A program made the position numbers and the translations under genes. Below are positions 37,802-48,213 of a stretch of 64,000 nt of DNA, piece after piece. The stretch is from assembly GCA_965223905.1 (NCBI GenBank), contig CBDCXV010000001.1, positions 1,184,001 to 1,248,000 on the forward strand, written 5' to 3'. The notes under the pieces were generated by a model. That model was given only the letters and a program-made list of their open reading frames with translations, had not been told where the DNA came from and searched no databases. The stretch is from Candidatus Latescibacterota bacterium. Its GTDB lineage: Bacteria > Latescibacterota > UBA2968 > UBA8231. Numbering within the stretch: position 1 is the stretch's first letter; every line of letters begins with the position of its first letter.

Positions 37802-40800
37802 TCAGTCGAGCCGGAGCGAGACGCTGTGCGCCAGTCCGCTTATGGCCTCGCGCGCTTCCACCTTCCATCGTCCGGGGGGAGCGTTCAGGGGCAGGATGAA
37901 CTCATGCGCTCCCGCCCCATCGGCCGCCACGATGTTCTCAGCAAAGTCCTCTAACTCGCTGCCGTCCGGAGCGTACAGGCGCAGTCTGACCACGTGCCGT
38001 TCCTCTGCCGCCGCCGCGGGGGCTGTGCGCACGCGGTTGATCAGCCTGATGTTGCCGGCCTCCGTCACACCCTCGCTTGTTTCCAGGTGTGGTTTGCCGA
38101 TGCGATACGGGACCACCGCATAGGCGCCCAGACCTTCCAGCGGTTTCTCCACCTCGAAACTGTCGTGACGGCCCAGATACTGGTTGCTCTTCAGGTCGTA
38201 GACATGTCCCGCGACTGGAGGTGTGATACGCAGGACTTCGGTTCCCGCCCCCCGTCGCTTGCCGCTGTCCAGTTGAAGAATGAATGAATGCCACAACGCC
38301 AGGATGTGTATGTCGCCGTCACTGAAATGTGAAAGCGTGGGCCGCTCGAGCTCAGCATCCGATGATTCAAGCTCTGCCGATCGGTATCTCTCAGGCCGGT
38401 CTACTCGGAGCCTCTCCACACCGAAGAGCGGCGTCAATCCGTACCAGCCCAGCAACCGTTTCATCATGCCAACTGCGCCCGCGTCTGCAGCGAGCGGCGC
38501 GAAGTTGAGCAGCGCCGCCCGGCCAGCGCCGTAACGGGATATCAGCATGACGGCCCGCTCGTCCGTCTCTCCGAGGCTCCTGGCCGTCGTCAGCGCAACT
38601 GGCGGGCCTGCTATCACCGGCACATCCACCACGTCCATCTTCAGTCCGTCCCCGCCCCCGCTGAATGTCAGTTCCGTCTCCAGCGCACCGTAGTCACTCC
38701 ACGCGGCCTCATGCAATACCCCAAACACCTCGTCGAGGTGCCCCTGCGCGCCTGGGTAGCCGTGCCTGTCCGCCACCGCCGGTCGTATGTCGGCCAGCAG
38801 CATGCCGCCGTCTGCGACAAACTCCTTCACAGCCGCTGCCGCCTCGATCTCCAGCGCCTGCGCAAACGGCAGGATCAGCAGCCGCACGCCATTCTCCTCA
38901 AGCATACCGTCCGCTATCTGTTGCTCGGATATGGCGCTGTACTGATAGCCGAGCAACTCCAGTGTGCGGGTGAACAGCCAGAACTGGCGTGAAGGATACA
39001 GTTTGCTCGCCGCATCGGAGCGCTGGATTTCCTGCCAGGCCGTGGCCGCGTGTTCGCTGGAACGCGAATAGAGAACGGCGATGCCGCTGTCATCGAATTC
39101 GCTCTCGAATACCAGGCGGTCTATGCCCGTGCGTATCTGCGCTACCGGCTCTATGGGCCATCGCCCTTCTTCCGTGGTGCGCAAATCCGCCAGCAGCGGC
39201 TGCCTGAAATTGCTGCTCGCGCCCACGTTTCCGTGTATGCCCGCCCAGTAGTTGAACCCGTTCATCCCCTGAAACAGGCACACCCATGGCTGCTGTCCGA
39301 ACCGCAGGCTGTAGAGTGCCTGGTCCGCGGTGTGTATCCAGGGCACACAGAAGGTATCGCCACGCCCGTAGAGCAGATGCCTGTGCTCAGGCGGCGAAAA
39401 GGACCTCAGATGCGGTAACGGGAGCATGGAACCGGCCAGCACGCGACTCAACAGAAGCGAGTAATCGATGCCGCTGAAGCTGTTGGCGTAGCTCATGCGA
39501 CCTTCAGCGCCCCAGCCGAAATCATCCGATACTGCCTGGGCTTCAGGGTCATGGCGGCGCAACACATCCCGCTTGTACTGCAGGAAATCGGCGAAGACCC
39601 TGTCCATATGCCGCCGGTGGTCTATCCATCGCGCTATCTGCCCCTTCTCTACGGCATCAGCCAGGACGATGGGGCGCACTTCGCTCCACGCCTCAAAAGC
39701 CGTGCCCCAGCCCGTGTTGAGTGCTTCCAGCGAGCCGTACTCTCCACGCGCGAAGGTGCTGAAGCTGGCGATACAGTGGTCCGAAAAACAGACATCCGCT
39801 TCCCCCAAACGACTGCCGAGCCCCATCAGGTTGAACTCATGGGTCATCGAATAGGCCAGCGGCGCGTAGGGCAGCGCATCCGGTTGCCCCACTTCCTCCA
39901 TACGCTGCGTCGCGCCGCGCTGCGCATCGCCGGGGTCGGTGAGACAGGGTCTTCTTATGGGCGCATGCTCCTTGTCTCCGAGCACTTCCCGCCCTCCCGG
40001 AAAGTTCACCGCCGCCTGGGCTATCGTCCGGATGTTGTTGAACGCATTGATGCGCCAGTGACCCCAGAAGGCACTTGTTACGCCGTGTCGTTTTCTGAAT
40101 TGCTCTGAGACCAGGATCCCCAGATAACTCGGGTCAGCATGGGACCACGGGATTTGCCACAACTGAAAGTCGAAGGTGTCGTCATACCAGTCCTGCTCGC
40201 GCGCTATCGCCAGCTGACGCGCATGCACGTCTTCTGTGCCCGCAGGTCCGGCCAGCTCCGCCTCGAGTGTGTGCATGAGCACCGGCGCTGCGTCGATATC
40301 CAGTGCGAACGGGATCTCGCGGCCGGTCAAACGGTCGATCGTCGTTTCATGCCAGAGGTGACCGTCGGCATCCATCAGCCGCAGCCGCAACAGATGACCG
40401 TCGCCTTGCTCACGGTCCAACACCACACTCCCTTCGAGGCGCTCGCCCACTCTGTAATATCCCTGAGTGGAGCGCCCGCCGATCTGAGTATCACGCCCCA
40501 GTTTGATCTGTTGTATGGCGATGTCCCCGGATACCTCGAGAGAGACGCTGGACCAATCTGATATGCTGCCCTGTGCCGTCTTCAGCTGGACGTGAAGCCA
40601 GTGTGTGCCCCCCCGAAGCCGCGGCAGCTCTACTCGTGCGGATTCGCTGCCCGCGTCCAGTATCGCCTCTCCCCGGGGCAGCTGGCGGCCGTGATGGGCA
40701 TAGTCGTCGAACCACCAAGACAGGGCTCCGGCCCGGGGAAGCGGTGCGCTGAACACGACCTGCACGGCAGCCGGCAGCTCTTTGCGAGTTATGCTGGCGC

Positions 40801-42721
40801 GCAGCGCCTCACTCTGCACGCCCGGCAGCGCTATGCGGCTGATATGCGCCGCGGGCAGCCTGCCGGAAGCCCAGACCATGGCCTTCATGATGTATGAGAT
40901 CTGTGCCTCGAACTCACCCCGCAGGTATCGGCCCGGGCGCACGACACGCGGCGCTTCCTCATCCCATTCGACCAGCCCCTCGAGGAACGCTATGCGCCCG
41001 TCGCCGTATCGGTAGAACCGCGCTTCCACGTCTGTGACCACGCCCGATGAGACATAGCCGACCCCTTCCCCCGTGAGGTGATCTTCGTTCAGCGCCTCCG
41101 ACCACGCGCCTTCGAGGTAGTTTTCGGGAGGGTCGCCATGCCACGGCCGGATGGGATCGCCGAAGATGACCAGCCCCGCGCCTGCTCGCACCCGCGCCAG
41201 GATCTTCTCCGTCAGTGAGACGGGGAAATCGGGAGGGCTGAGATGTCTTACGACAATGCAATCGACGGGTGCGGACAGTTTCTCCAGGGCGTCATCGAGC
41301 GCCCGGAACACCTCAGGCTCTCCGCCGCCGCCGCGTATCCAGTGGTCGTGGCCGAAATCGTTCTCCCGCTCGAACATCACCGGCTGATACGACACGCTCA
41401 TGCGCTGCGCCAGCTCGAGCGTCCAGCGGTGACGCCAGCGCGGCAAGACCGTCACGATTTTCAGCTCGCCGCCCGCATACGGCTTCGCCCACCGGGTGTG
41501 CGGCGTCTCGATCTCCTCGCTCAACAGATGCCATTCGTCTCCCCAGGGAATCGACTGGTGGTCCCAGCCCGCCGCCCACTGGCTGCCGCCCTCGCGGCGC
41601 ATGACGGACACATCGTCCAGGACGAGATGCACCTCGCCGTGGGTCTGGATGACCAGGTAGGGTCGCGGGACGTCGTTGTAGTACGTCTTGCGGTAGACTT
41701 CGGCCCAGGCGCTGCGCAGCGCCGGTTTCGTGTTGACCCGGCCGATGGCCTGAATGAAGGAGGTTTCGCTCCCGTCGACCTGATTGCGCACCGAGATGCT
41801 CGCGTATTCGCCGCCCATATACTGAGCCGTGAACGAGATCTCGTAGGGGATGCTGATATCCACGTCAAGCGGGATATACAGCTTGCGGCTCACATCGCCG
41901 CCGCCCATTGTGTTTATCTCGAGGGACGCCTCGCCGCTGATCGGGTCGACGGTCCTCAGCGCGATCTCGCCCGGCCGGAAGGCATACGCGCCTTCCCCGT
42001 TGCGCCAGCCTGCGGGAATAGACGGTGCCCCGACCCCTGATCCCGCCTCGAAGTCATGGTTGCCCACCACCTGAAGGTCGGGATCGTATTCCGGCTCCTC
42101 TATCTCCACTCGCGCCCAGTCCGCCGGCGCAATGGCGCGCAACTCGTCCGGACCTCCCAGCGTCAGCACGGAACTGCCACTGCCACTTATGAAGCGCACC
42201 GCGAGCACATTCATCCCCTTCTCCAGCTTCACGTCCACTGTGTGATTGGAGATGGAAGGCGGCCACGCCCCGTTCCCGGTGACCAGGGTGTTCACGATCC
42301 GCGCGCCGTTCAGCCATGCCTGCAAAAACCAGTCGGCGCCCATGCCGAGCGTCGCGGTCTGGGCTTTGTCGGAATGCAGCTCGAGAAAGGCGTAGGCGGT
42401 GTTGTACACCTTCACCCCACCGAACAACGGCGCGAAGTCGAGGACGATGCCGTCTTCCGCCCGCACCCGCCGGCCGGCGATCACTTTGGTAATCCCGTAG
42501 AATCCCGGGACCTCTATGCTCTGGGGAATGCGCTTGAGCGTCTCTTGCGGAAGCAGATGGTCTTCGCGTTCCAGCGGAAAAAAGACGACCCATTCGGCCG
42601 GCCAGGTAAGGGTCCCGGACACATCCGCCGGGCCGCTCCATGCGGGACCGGCGCCGGCCAGCAGGGCCAGGATGATTGCTCTGATCGTCGATTGTCGAAC
42701 AGGCATCATGGGAGCCTCCAC
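37802..42721 (-). CDS. Large secreted GH42/beta-galactosidase-like multidomain protein
   Basis: Signal peptide; N-terminal 'GMGADW...WLNG' jelly-roll; CBM-like 'NHDFE'; 'PCLTDP', 'EYGSLEALNTGWGT', 'IAVLYSRSS'; trimerisation-like 'LLILP...FVADGGMLLAD'. Confidence 0.75.
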   Translation of the reverse strand: MEAPMMPVRQSTIRAIILALLAGAGPAWSGPADVSGTLTWPAEWVVFFPLEREDHLLPQETLKRIPQSIEVPGFYGITKVIAGRRVRAEDGIVLDFAPLFGGVKVYNTAYAFLELHSDKAQTATLGMGADWFLQAWLNGARIVNTLVTGNGAWPPSISNHTVDVKLEKGMNVLAVRFISGSGSSVLTLGGPDELRAIAPADWARVEIEEPEYDPDLQVVGNHDFEAGSGVGAPSIPAGWRNGEGAYAFRPGEIALRTVDPISGEASLEINTMGGGDVSRKLYIPLDVDISIPYEISFTAQYMGGEYASISVRNQVDGSETSFIQAIGRVNTKPALRSAWAEVYRKTYYNDVPRPYLVIQTHGEVHLVLDDVSVMRREGGSQWAAGWDHQSIPWGDEWHLLSEEIETPHTRWAKPYAGGELKIVTVLPRWRHRWTLELAQRMSVSYQPVMFERENDFGHDHWIRGGGGEPEVFRALDDALEKLSAPVDCIVVRHLSPPDFPVSLTEKILARVRAGAGLVIFGDPIRPWHGDPPENYLEGAWSEALNEDHLTGEGVGYVSSGVVTDVEARFYRYGDGRIAFLEGLVEWDEEAPRVVRPGRYLRGEFEAQISYIMKAMVWASGRLPAAHISRIALPGVQSEALRASITRKELPAAVQVVFSAPLPRAGALSWWFDDYAHHGRQLPRGEAILDAGSESARVELPRLRGGTHWLHVQLKTAQGSISDWSSVSLEVSGDIAIQQIKLGRDTQIGGRSTQGYYRVGERLEGSVVLDREQGDGHLLRLRLMDADGHLWHETTIDRLTGREIPFALDIDAAPVLMHTLEAELAGPAGTEDVHARQLAIAREQDWYDDTFDFQLWQIPWSHADPSYLGILVSEQFRKRHGVTSAFWGHWRINAFNNIRTIAQAAVNFPGGREVLGDKEHAPIRRPCLTDPGDAQRGATQRMEEVGQPDALPYAPLAYSMTHEFNLMGLGSRLGEADVCFSDHCIASFSTFARGEYGSLEALNTGWGTAFEAWSEVRPIVLADAVEKGQIARWIDHRRHMDRVFADFLQYKRDVLRRHDPEAQAVSDDFGWGAEGRMSYANSFSGIDYSLLLSRVLAGSMLPLPHLRSFSPPEHRHLLYGRGDTFCVPWIHTADQALYSLRFGQQPWVCLFQGMNGFNYWAGIHGNVGASSNFRQPLLADLRTTEEGRWPIEPVAQIRTGIDRLVFESEFDDSGIAVLYSRSSEHAATAWQEIQRSDAASKLYPSRQFWLFTRTLELLGYQYSAISEQQIADGMLEENGVRLLILPFAQALEIEAAAAVKEFVADGGMLLADIRPAVADRHGYPGAQGHLDEVFGVLHEAAWSDYGALETELTFSGGGDGLKMDVVDVPVIAGPPVALTTARSLGETDERAVMLISRYGAGRAALLNFAPLAADAGAVGMMKRLLGWYGLTPLFGVERLRVDRPERYRSAELESSDAELERPTLSHFSDGDIHILALWHSFILQLDSGKRRGAGTEVLRITPPVAGHVYDLKSNQYLGRHDSFEVEKPLEGLGAYAVVPYRIGKPHLETSEGVTEAGNIRLINRVRTAPAAAAEERHVVRLRLYAPDGSELEDFAENIVAADGAGAHEFILPLNAPPGRWKVEAREAISGLAHSVSLRLD

Positions 42722-42780
42722 AGGTACCGCTCCGGATCTATGGAAGTAGCGTTGCGCTGAACGAGTGTCGCGGGCTTTCG

Positions 42781-44826
42781 TCAGTAGACCAGCGAGACGA
42801 CCCCGAGGGCGGTGTCGCTACCCTCGTCGGCGTCGACGTCGAGCCGCAGGAGGTACACCCCGGGAACAGCGAGCGTGCCGGCGCCTTCCGTGCTGCCGTC
42901 CCAGGTCGCGCTCAGGCGTCCGCTGGCCGAGTGTCCGTCAAAGACATCGGCCACTTTCCGTCCCGCCAGATCGTAGAGGCTCAAAGTGACCGGTACTGCA
43001 CCGGACAGGTTGACGAGGTCGAAGGAGATCTCGATGGCGTCGTTGACGCCGTCGCCGTTGGGGGTGGCCACCGGAGAGGACAGCCGCAGGGCCTGTATCG
43101 AGCTCTGGGCGAGATCGGCCAGCCCCACTGAGAGGGTGTTGCTGGCGACCAGCTCGTCGGCGTCGCCGGCGGCTACGAGCTGGCGCGGCTCCTGAGGTCG
43201 CGAGCTGTCGAAGACTCTGCCCTGGAAGACGGTACCGAACCTGAACACTTCGGTCTGAAACAGGATCTCGATCAGATGGTTCGTGCGCTGCAGGTCCACG
43301 TGGGGGAAATTGACGACAAAGCTGGTCGGACCGCCCTGCCAGCCCCACTGCGATTCATCCAGGTAGATTTCGTTGATCCGCACGGAATCCACACTGGAGA
43401 CCTCGGTCGCCGTCTCGATCTCGATGCTGTCGAATCCCAAGTCCCTGTCGAGCAGCCTCGGCAGCACCAGGTATCGGAACTGGGTCAGGGTGCGCGCCTG
43501 CACCATTTGTGGAACTATCTCGGCCACCACCTGGCTGGCGATCGGGGGGCTCGATACGCGGAACTCGAGATAATCGAGGCGCGAGCTCGAGCGGGCGTCC
43601 GTGGATCTGAGATCGATGTCGAACTGCACGTAGCGGCGCGGGCGGTCTGCCGCAAGCGCCGCTACACCGCTGTCGAAATCGAGCGGGGTCGTCCAGAACT
43701 GCCAGTTCTTGCTGTCCGGCACGATGCCGGCCTTTTCGCCGCCCTCGAGTCGCTGGTAGCTGGCGCGGGTCAGGGGTCGGCCGTCGGCGCCCTGGCTCGA
43801 ACGCTCACCGCCTCTGAAGGTGTAGCGCCAGTATTTCTGCGGATCCGGGGTGTCGCCGTTGCGGGTGATGATGTCCACTGTGGCGTCTGGGCCGTCTACC
43901 CCCCTCCACACGAAGTCGCCCAGGGTGGAGGGCTGTCCGAGATCGATGATGTTCGAGCGGTATCTCGCACGCGGTACGTATCCGTCTGCGTAGATCTCGA
44001 TCTCGGCGATTTCCCAGATCCCGGAACGGCCGATCAGGAAAATGTTCTGAGTCGGCGAGCTCTTCACTTCCAGATCGAGGGTGGACGTGCGGTTCTCGGT
44101 CGAGGAGAACACGGTGCCCTCTTCCGTCCAGTCAAAGAAGTTGAACCCCGCGGTTGAATGCGTGTATTTCAGGCTTCTCTGGGCCACGCCCGCGGGCGGG
44201 TTCAGCGGGGGGCCGGCGCCGCGCAGGCCGTCCTTGAGCGCGTCGCCGTCGTTGACGGCGATGGTGAGCTCCTTGACGAAGCGCTGGGTCGCGTATTTCG
44301 GAGTGGGATACAGTTTGATGCGGGTAATGGGAAGGGGACCACCCAGGTCGATCTCGAGAATCTTGAGGCCGCCCCACGTGTAGTTCGAACCGCTGCCGGA
44401 AAACGCCGTGGTCGGATCCTCGTCGAACATCAATTCGAGACCTGGTTCCCTTTTGAAGCTGTAGGCATCCGTCGACCGGGTGTCGCCCCCCCTGGCCCTG
44501 ACGAGTGGACCCAGATTGACGTTCGGGTCCAGCAGCTCGGGGGCTATGAAATCCGGGTCGAAAACGACGAGATGACTTCTCCCGAAAAACGCGTCGCCCG
44601 TCCCCGACCACGGCAGCTGCACGAATCGGGATGCGCCGTCCGCCTGCGGGGCCGGCAGCTCGTCCCAGTTCAACCGCATGATCTCCAGCGGTCCGTCGAT
44701 ATCAGGAGCAGGCAGGCTCTCGCCGCCGATTCTGTAGACGGTGACCGCATCGCTGTGCGACAGAACCACCGCCGACATGGCAAGTGCGAAGGCGAGCAGC
44801 CTGAGCTGCAGTCGAGGGGTATCCAT
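42781..44826 (-). CDS. Secreted discoidin-like protein with FlgD/T9SS-like C-terminal domain
   Basis: Signal peptide; 'EIDLGG...ITRIKLYP', 'WEIAEIEIYADGY'; CTD 'TPNGDGVND...LYDLAGRKV...WDG...PGVY...VVSLVY'. Confidence 0.85.
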   Translation of the reverse strand: MDTPRLQLRLLAFALAMSAVVLSHSDAVTVYRIGGESLPAPDIDGPLEIMRLNWDELPAPQADGASRFVQLPWSGTGDAFFGRSHLVVFDPDFIAPELLDPNVNLGPLVRARGGDTRSTDAYSFKREPGLELMFDEDPTTAFSGSGSNYTWGGLKILEIDLGGPLPITRIKLYPTPKYATQRFVKELTIAVNDGDALKDGLRGAGPPLNPPAGVAQRSLKYTHSTAGFNFFDWTEEGTVFSSTENRTSTLDLEVKSSPTQNIFLIGRSGIWEIAEIEIYADGYVPRARYRSNIIDLGQPSTLGDFVWRGVDGPDATVDIITRNGDTPDPQKYWRYTFRGGERSSQGADGRPLTRASYQRLEGGEKAGIVPDSKNWQFWTTPLDFDSGVAALAADRPRRYVQFDIDLRSTDARSSSRLDYLEFRVSSPPIASQVVAEIVPQMVQARTLTQFRYLVLPRLLDRDLGFDSIEIETATEVSSVDSVRINEIYLDESQWGWQGGPTSFVVNFPHVDLQRTNHLIEILFQTEVFRFGTVFQGRVFDSSRPQEPRQLVAAGDADELVASNTLSVGLADLAQSSIQALRLSSPVATPNGDGVNDAIEISFDLVNLSGAVPVTLSLYDLAGRKVADVFDGHSASGRLSATWDGSTEGAGTLAVPGVYLLRLDVDADEGSDTALGVVSLVY

Positions 44827-44830
44827 ATGC

Positions 44831-44865
44831 AAAAAAGGGGGAAAATCCAACCGGATTCTCCCCCT
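44831..44865 (-). terminator. Rho-independent terminator after the CBM9-like gene
   Basis: Minus strand AGGGGGAGAATCC-GGTT-GGATTTTCCCCC followed by TTTTTT. Confidence 0.75.
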
Positions 44866-44899
44866 GCCAGTCCTGTGTGGTGACGTAAAGGCGACTTCG

Positions 44900-45817
44900 T
44901 TACTTGGCGACGGACGCCTTCACGTTCCCCCAGCTGTCCTCTTCGACCGCCGTGGCCATGAGCTCCTCGTCTATCTCCGTCAGGACGAAATCAGCCAGAT
45001 AGTCGGCATTGACATTGGACTCGCCGACCGAGGTCAGACTCCAGCGCGCGGTCTGCACCGGGTCTTCTCCGTCGTGGTCCCAGACGTTCACGCTCAGGCC
45101 GATGACCTCGCCCTCCATCATGAAGTGCTCGACGCTCCCCACGGGGTCCTGGTAGTTGAAGTCATCCCATGCTGTGAGCATGAATTCCGCGGTCACGCTG
45201 AACTCTTCGCCATTTCCCGGCGTGCCTGAGTTGATCGTGTAGGCGGCGTTCGTGTAGGGCAACTCACCATACCAGTCCGCAGAGGTCATCCACATCCAGA
45301 CCCACTCGCTGTTGTCGCCAAAGTTGTCACCCATGAAGAGGCCGTCGTCGAACCAGAGGTGGTAGATCTGGGCATGGCGACTCCTGTGCCGTGCGGCTTC
45401 CTCATCCGACATCCCTTCGACTTGCCAGTAGTTGCCGCCCGAATGGTCGGCGTCGATGGTGGGCTCGATATCGTCCGACTGAAACCAGTAGTCGTCGTAC
45501 CGCTCATAAGCCCAGTAGAGCTTGCTCGACCCCTGCACGAAACTCGTCATCCAGCGGAACGAAAGGTCGGATGGGTCGAGGCCTGCCTTCGACTCGTGAT
45601 CGCCCTCGTAGCTGTCGACGTTGTAGTTTTCGTGAGTGAGCCAGAATTCCTCCGGGACGATGTCCCAGTCGCGGAGGTCTCCGTCAAACACCGGCAGCTT
45701 GTCCGCCGGCCACTGCCAGATGATGCCCCGATAATCAGGCGGATCATGCGCGATTGCGGGGATGCTGAGGGCACAAATGAGCGCGCAGGCACCCGAACTC
45801 ATTGCCATCTGCTTCAT
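44900..45817 (-). CDS. Secreted CBM9/DOMON-like acidic protein with C-terminal TAVE..SWGxVK tail
   Basis: Signal peptide; 'PVFDGDLRDW'; 'GEVIGLSVNVWDHD'; tail TAVEEDSWGNVKASVAK; strong RBS AAGGAGGAG. Confidence 0.75.
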   Translation of the reverse strand: MKQMAMSSGACALICALSIPAIAHDPPDYRGIIWQWPADKLPVFDGDLRDWDIVPEEFWLTHENYNVDSYEGDHESKAGLDPSDLSFRWMTSFVQGSSKLYWAYERYDDYWFQSDDIEPTIDADHSGGNYWQVEGMSDEEAARHRSRHAQIYHLWFDDGLFMGDNFGDNSEWVWMWMTSADWYGELPYTNAAYTINSGTPGNGEEFSVTAEFMLTAWDDFNYQDPVGSVEHFMMEGEVIGLSVNVWDHDGEDPVQTARWSLTSVGESNVNADYLADFVLTEIDEELMATAVEEDSWGNVKASVAK

Positions 45818-45893
45818 GAGAGTCTCCTCCTTGGGGGAATTAGCGCGGCACCTCTTTTAGAAACGCGATCGCGATAGGGTACGGCACTTGGCT

Positions 45894-45902
45894 AGTATAC
45901 CA
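45894..45902 (-). promoter_or_regulatory. Putative sigma70 extended -10 promoter (TG-n-TATACT)
   Basis: Minus strand TGGTATACT lies about 77 nt upstream of the ATG at 45817. Confidence 0.5.
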
Positions 45903-46049
45903 CATTACTGGCCGATGACCAAGACAAAAAGAAGATGGCCGGAACGATGGCGGCTGGCGCGACTGGGGCAAATAACCCATCCGGATCGTCGCGAAAGGGG
46001 CGAGCTGGGTTGTCGCCTGTCGCATCGAGGGGCCATCTATTCCAAAGGG

Positions 46050-47320
46050 CGCTGTACCGATGATCCGGCTCACGTCGGGCAGCGGCGACGGGGAGTGCTT
46101 TTCTCTGACTTCGGTGCGCGACTCGATGCCATCCTGCGCCAAGGCCAGCAGCTCATCATCCCTCCCTGAAAACCAGCTCTTTGAGTTGCCGCGGCGCGAT
46201 GTTGACGTGCAGCACTTCGTAGGCCCAGTCGAAGTCCTGCAGCGTCGTCATCAGCGGATAGCGCGCCTTGTCGCGACAAATCTCGTACTCGAAGCGTTTT
46301 CCCGGAGGGTAACTTCATGAGGCCGGCCTCGACGTCGCAGAGCATGGCGTAGAGGGGCAGCGGCTCGAGCTTGTACAGGTATTCGGTCTCCCATTCGCGC
46401 AGCGGCATGGCGGCGCGGTCGTCGAATATGTCCTCGATAGCGGCTTCGCCGAACATCGAGTGGCGCATCTCGTCCCACATGTGTCGCGAGATATCGACGT
46501 AGAACGACCAGGGGCTGTGCCTCCTGTCTCACACAACACGAATGAAAGCGCCTCGGCGATGGTGAGCTCGCCCAGGCGAGTACAGACCATCTGGGCGAGC
46601 CGCTGCGGGACCTGATCGTCTTCCATGTGATCGACGTCCCAGACCCTCGGAAAGGTGTCGGCCCATGTCTGTTCCCGCGGAATGACGTAGGGCGCCTGAC
46701 AGCGATCTTTTTTCAGCTGCCCGGGACCGATGTCGCCGGTGCCGTCGATGTCGCCCGCGGCTTTCAGCAGATGTTCGAGCCATGCGGCCCACACCTCGGC
46801 TTCTTCAGTCTCCCACGATGAGGTGCCCGCACCGGCGTACGCTGCTCGCAGCAGAGCCACGCTCTCTTCCTCATCGTCGATTATCTCTTTGAGAGTGCGG
46901 ACGCCGCCGTAGTCCGCCAGGCCGTTGGTCTGGGCAGCGTAGCGGCGATAGGCCCTCGTCCTGGCCGGCTTGATGACCCGCGTCAGCCCGGCCAGGAGCT
47001 CGGCGGTGCCGCGCGAGTCCAGAGCTTCATTGAAGACGACCTTCAGCTCCTGATTGGGTTCCTCGTACGCCCTGCGCTTCGACACCCGAAGCTCAACCAG
47101 CCGCTCCTTGAGCCGGTCGGCGTGCTGGCTGTCTTCGTATTGATATCGAGACAGCAGCGCCTTCACGTCGCGGGACGGCGTACTGATGTGTGCGGCTTCG
47201 AGAAACATCAGCCGCGACTCAGCGTAGGCGAACCGGTGCAGTCGCGCCCGCACACTCGTCGACGCCGAGTCCGACCTGTTTCGTGTTTTTCAGGCCGGCG
47301 TATCGATAATATGGATCATT
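46050..47320 (-). pseudogene. DUF455/ferritin-like di-iron protein, frameshifted
   Basis: 'YEDSQHA', 'FYVDISRHMWDEMRHSMFGE' and 'DFDWAYEVLHV' are spread over several frames. Confidence 0.65.
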
Positions 47321-47340
47321 GTTATCTCCGCCCTGGATGG

Positions 47341-48207
47341 CTATTTGGCGGACGCGATGAATTCGTCGAGCGCCGCCGCACTCGGCAGGCCATCGATGAC
47401 ACCGAGTCTGGTGGCGCAGTAGGCGCCGGCGTAGTCGCGCGCGCGACGGCTTCATTCAGGTCTGCGCCCTTGCCCACACCTACCGCGAGCGCCGCGTTGA
47501 AGCTGTCGCCGGCTCCCGTGACATCGAGCGCTTAAATTTGCCGGTGCGGACACTTCTTCGAAGCTGCCTGGAGTCACAATCAGCGACCCCTGTGCGCCTC
47601 TGGTGACGACGATTTGTTTGACGCCCAGATCGAGCAGCCGGCGAGCCAGCTCCGGCGTGGATGTCGGATCGTCCGGTTCCAGTCCCTGGAGGATGCTCCG
47701 TCTCGTTTGGGGTCATGAGATCGACGCTCGCCAGCTGTTGCGGGTCGAATCGTCTGCGCCGGAGTCGGGTTCAGCAAGGTGAAAGCTCCGTACTTTGGGC
47801 CCAGCTGGATGGCTCGCTCCATTGCATCGTGGGAGACCTCGAACTGGGTCATCACGATGTCGCTGGCTGCGATCAGATCCTCTGCGGCGTCCACGTACTC
47901 GGGGCGCATGTGCAGATTGGCGCCGAGGTGTCCGAGGATGGAATTCTTCCCGAGGGCAGCACGGTGACCATGCCGACGGCCGTGTTGACACCGGGAATTC
48001 GATGGATGTGCTCGAAAGAGATCATCTCCCGCTCGAACAGCTCGTCGGCAATCGGCGCGAACAGATCGTCTTCGACATTGGTTGGTGCCTTGCCTCCGGG
48101 ACCGAGGTCGAAGAGATCGCCGATCAGGCCCTTGCCCAGCACTGGCACCCGGGTACGCGAATGGTGATGCCGATGACGAAGCTGCCGTGGACGGTGATGG
48201 CTACCAT
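47341..48207 (-). pseudogene. Ribokinase (PfkB family), frameshifted and internally deleted
   Basis: 'ITVHGSF', 'GPGGK', 'TQFEV', 'LLNP', 'TPNETE' and 'DVTGAGDSFNAALAV' occur in different frames. Confidence 0.8.
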
Positions 48208-48213
48208 AGGCTT

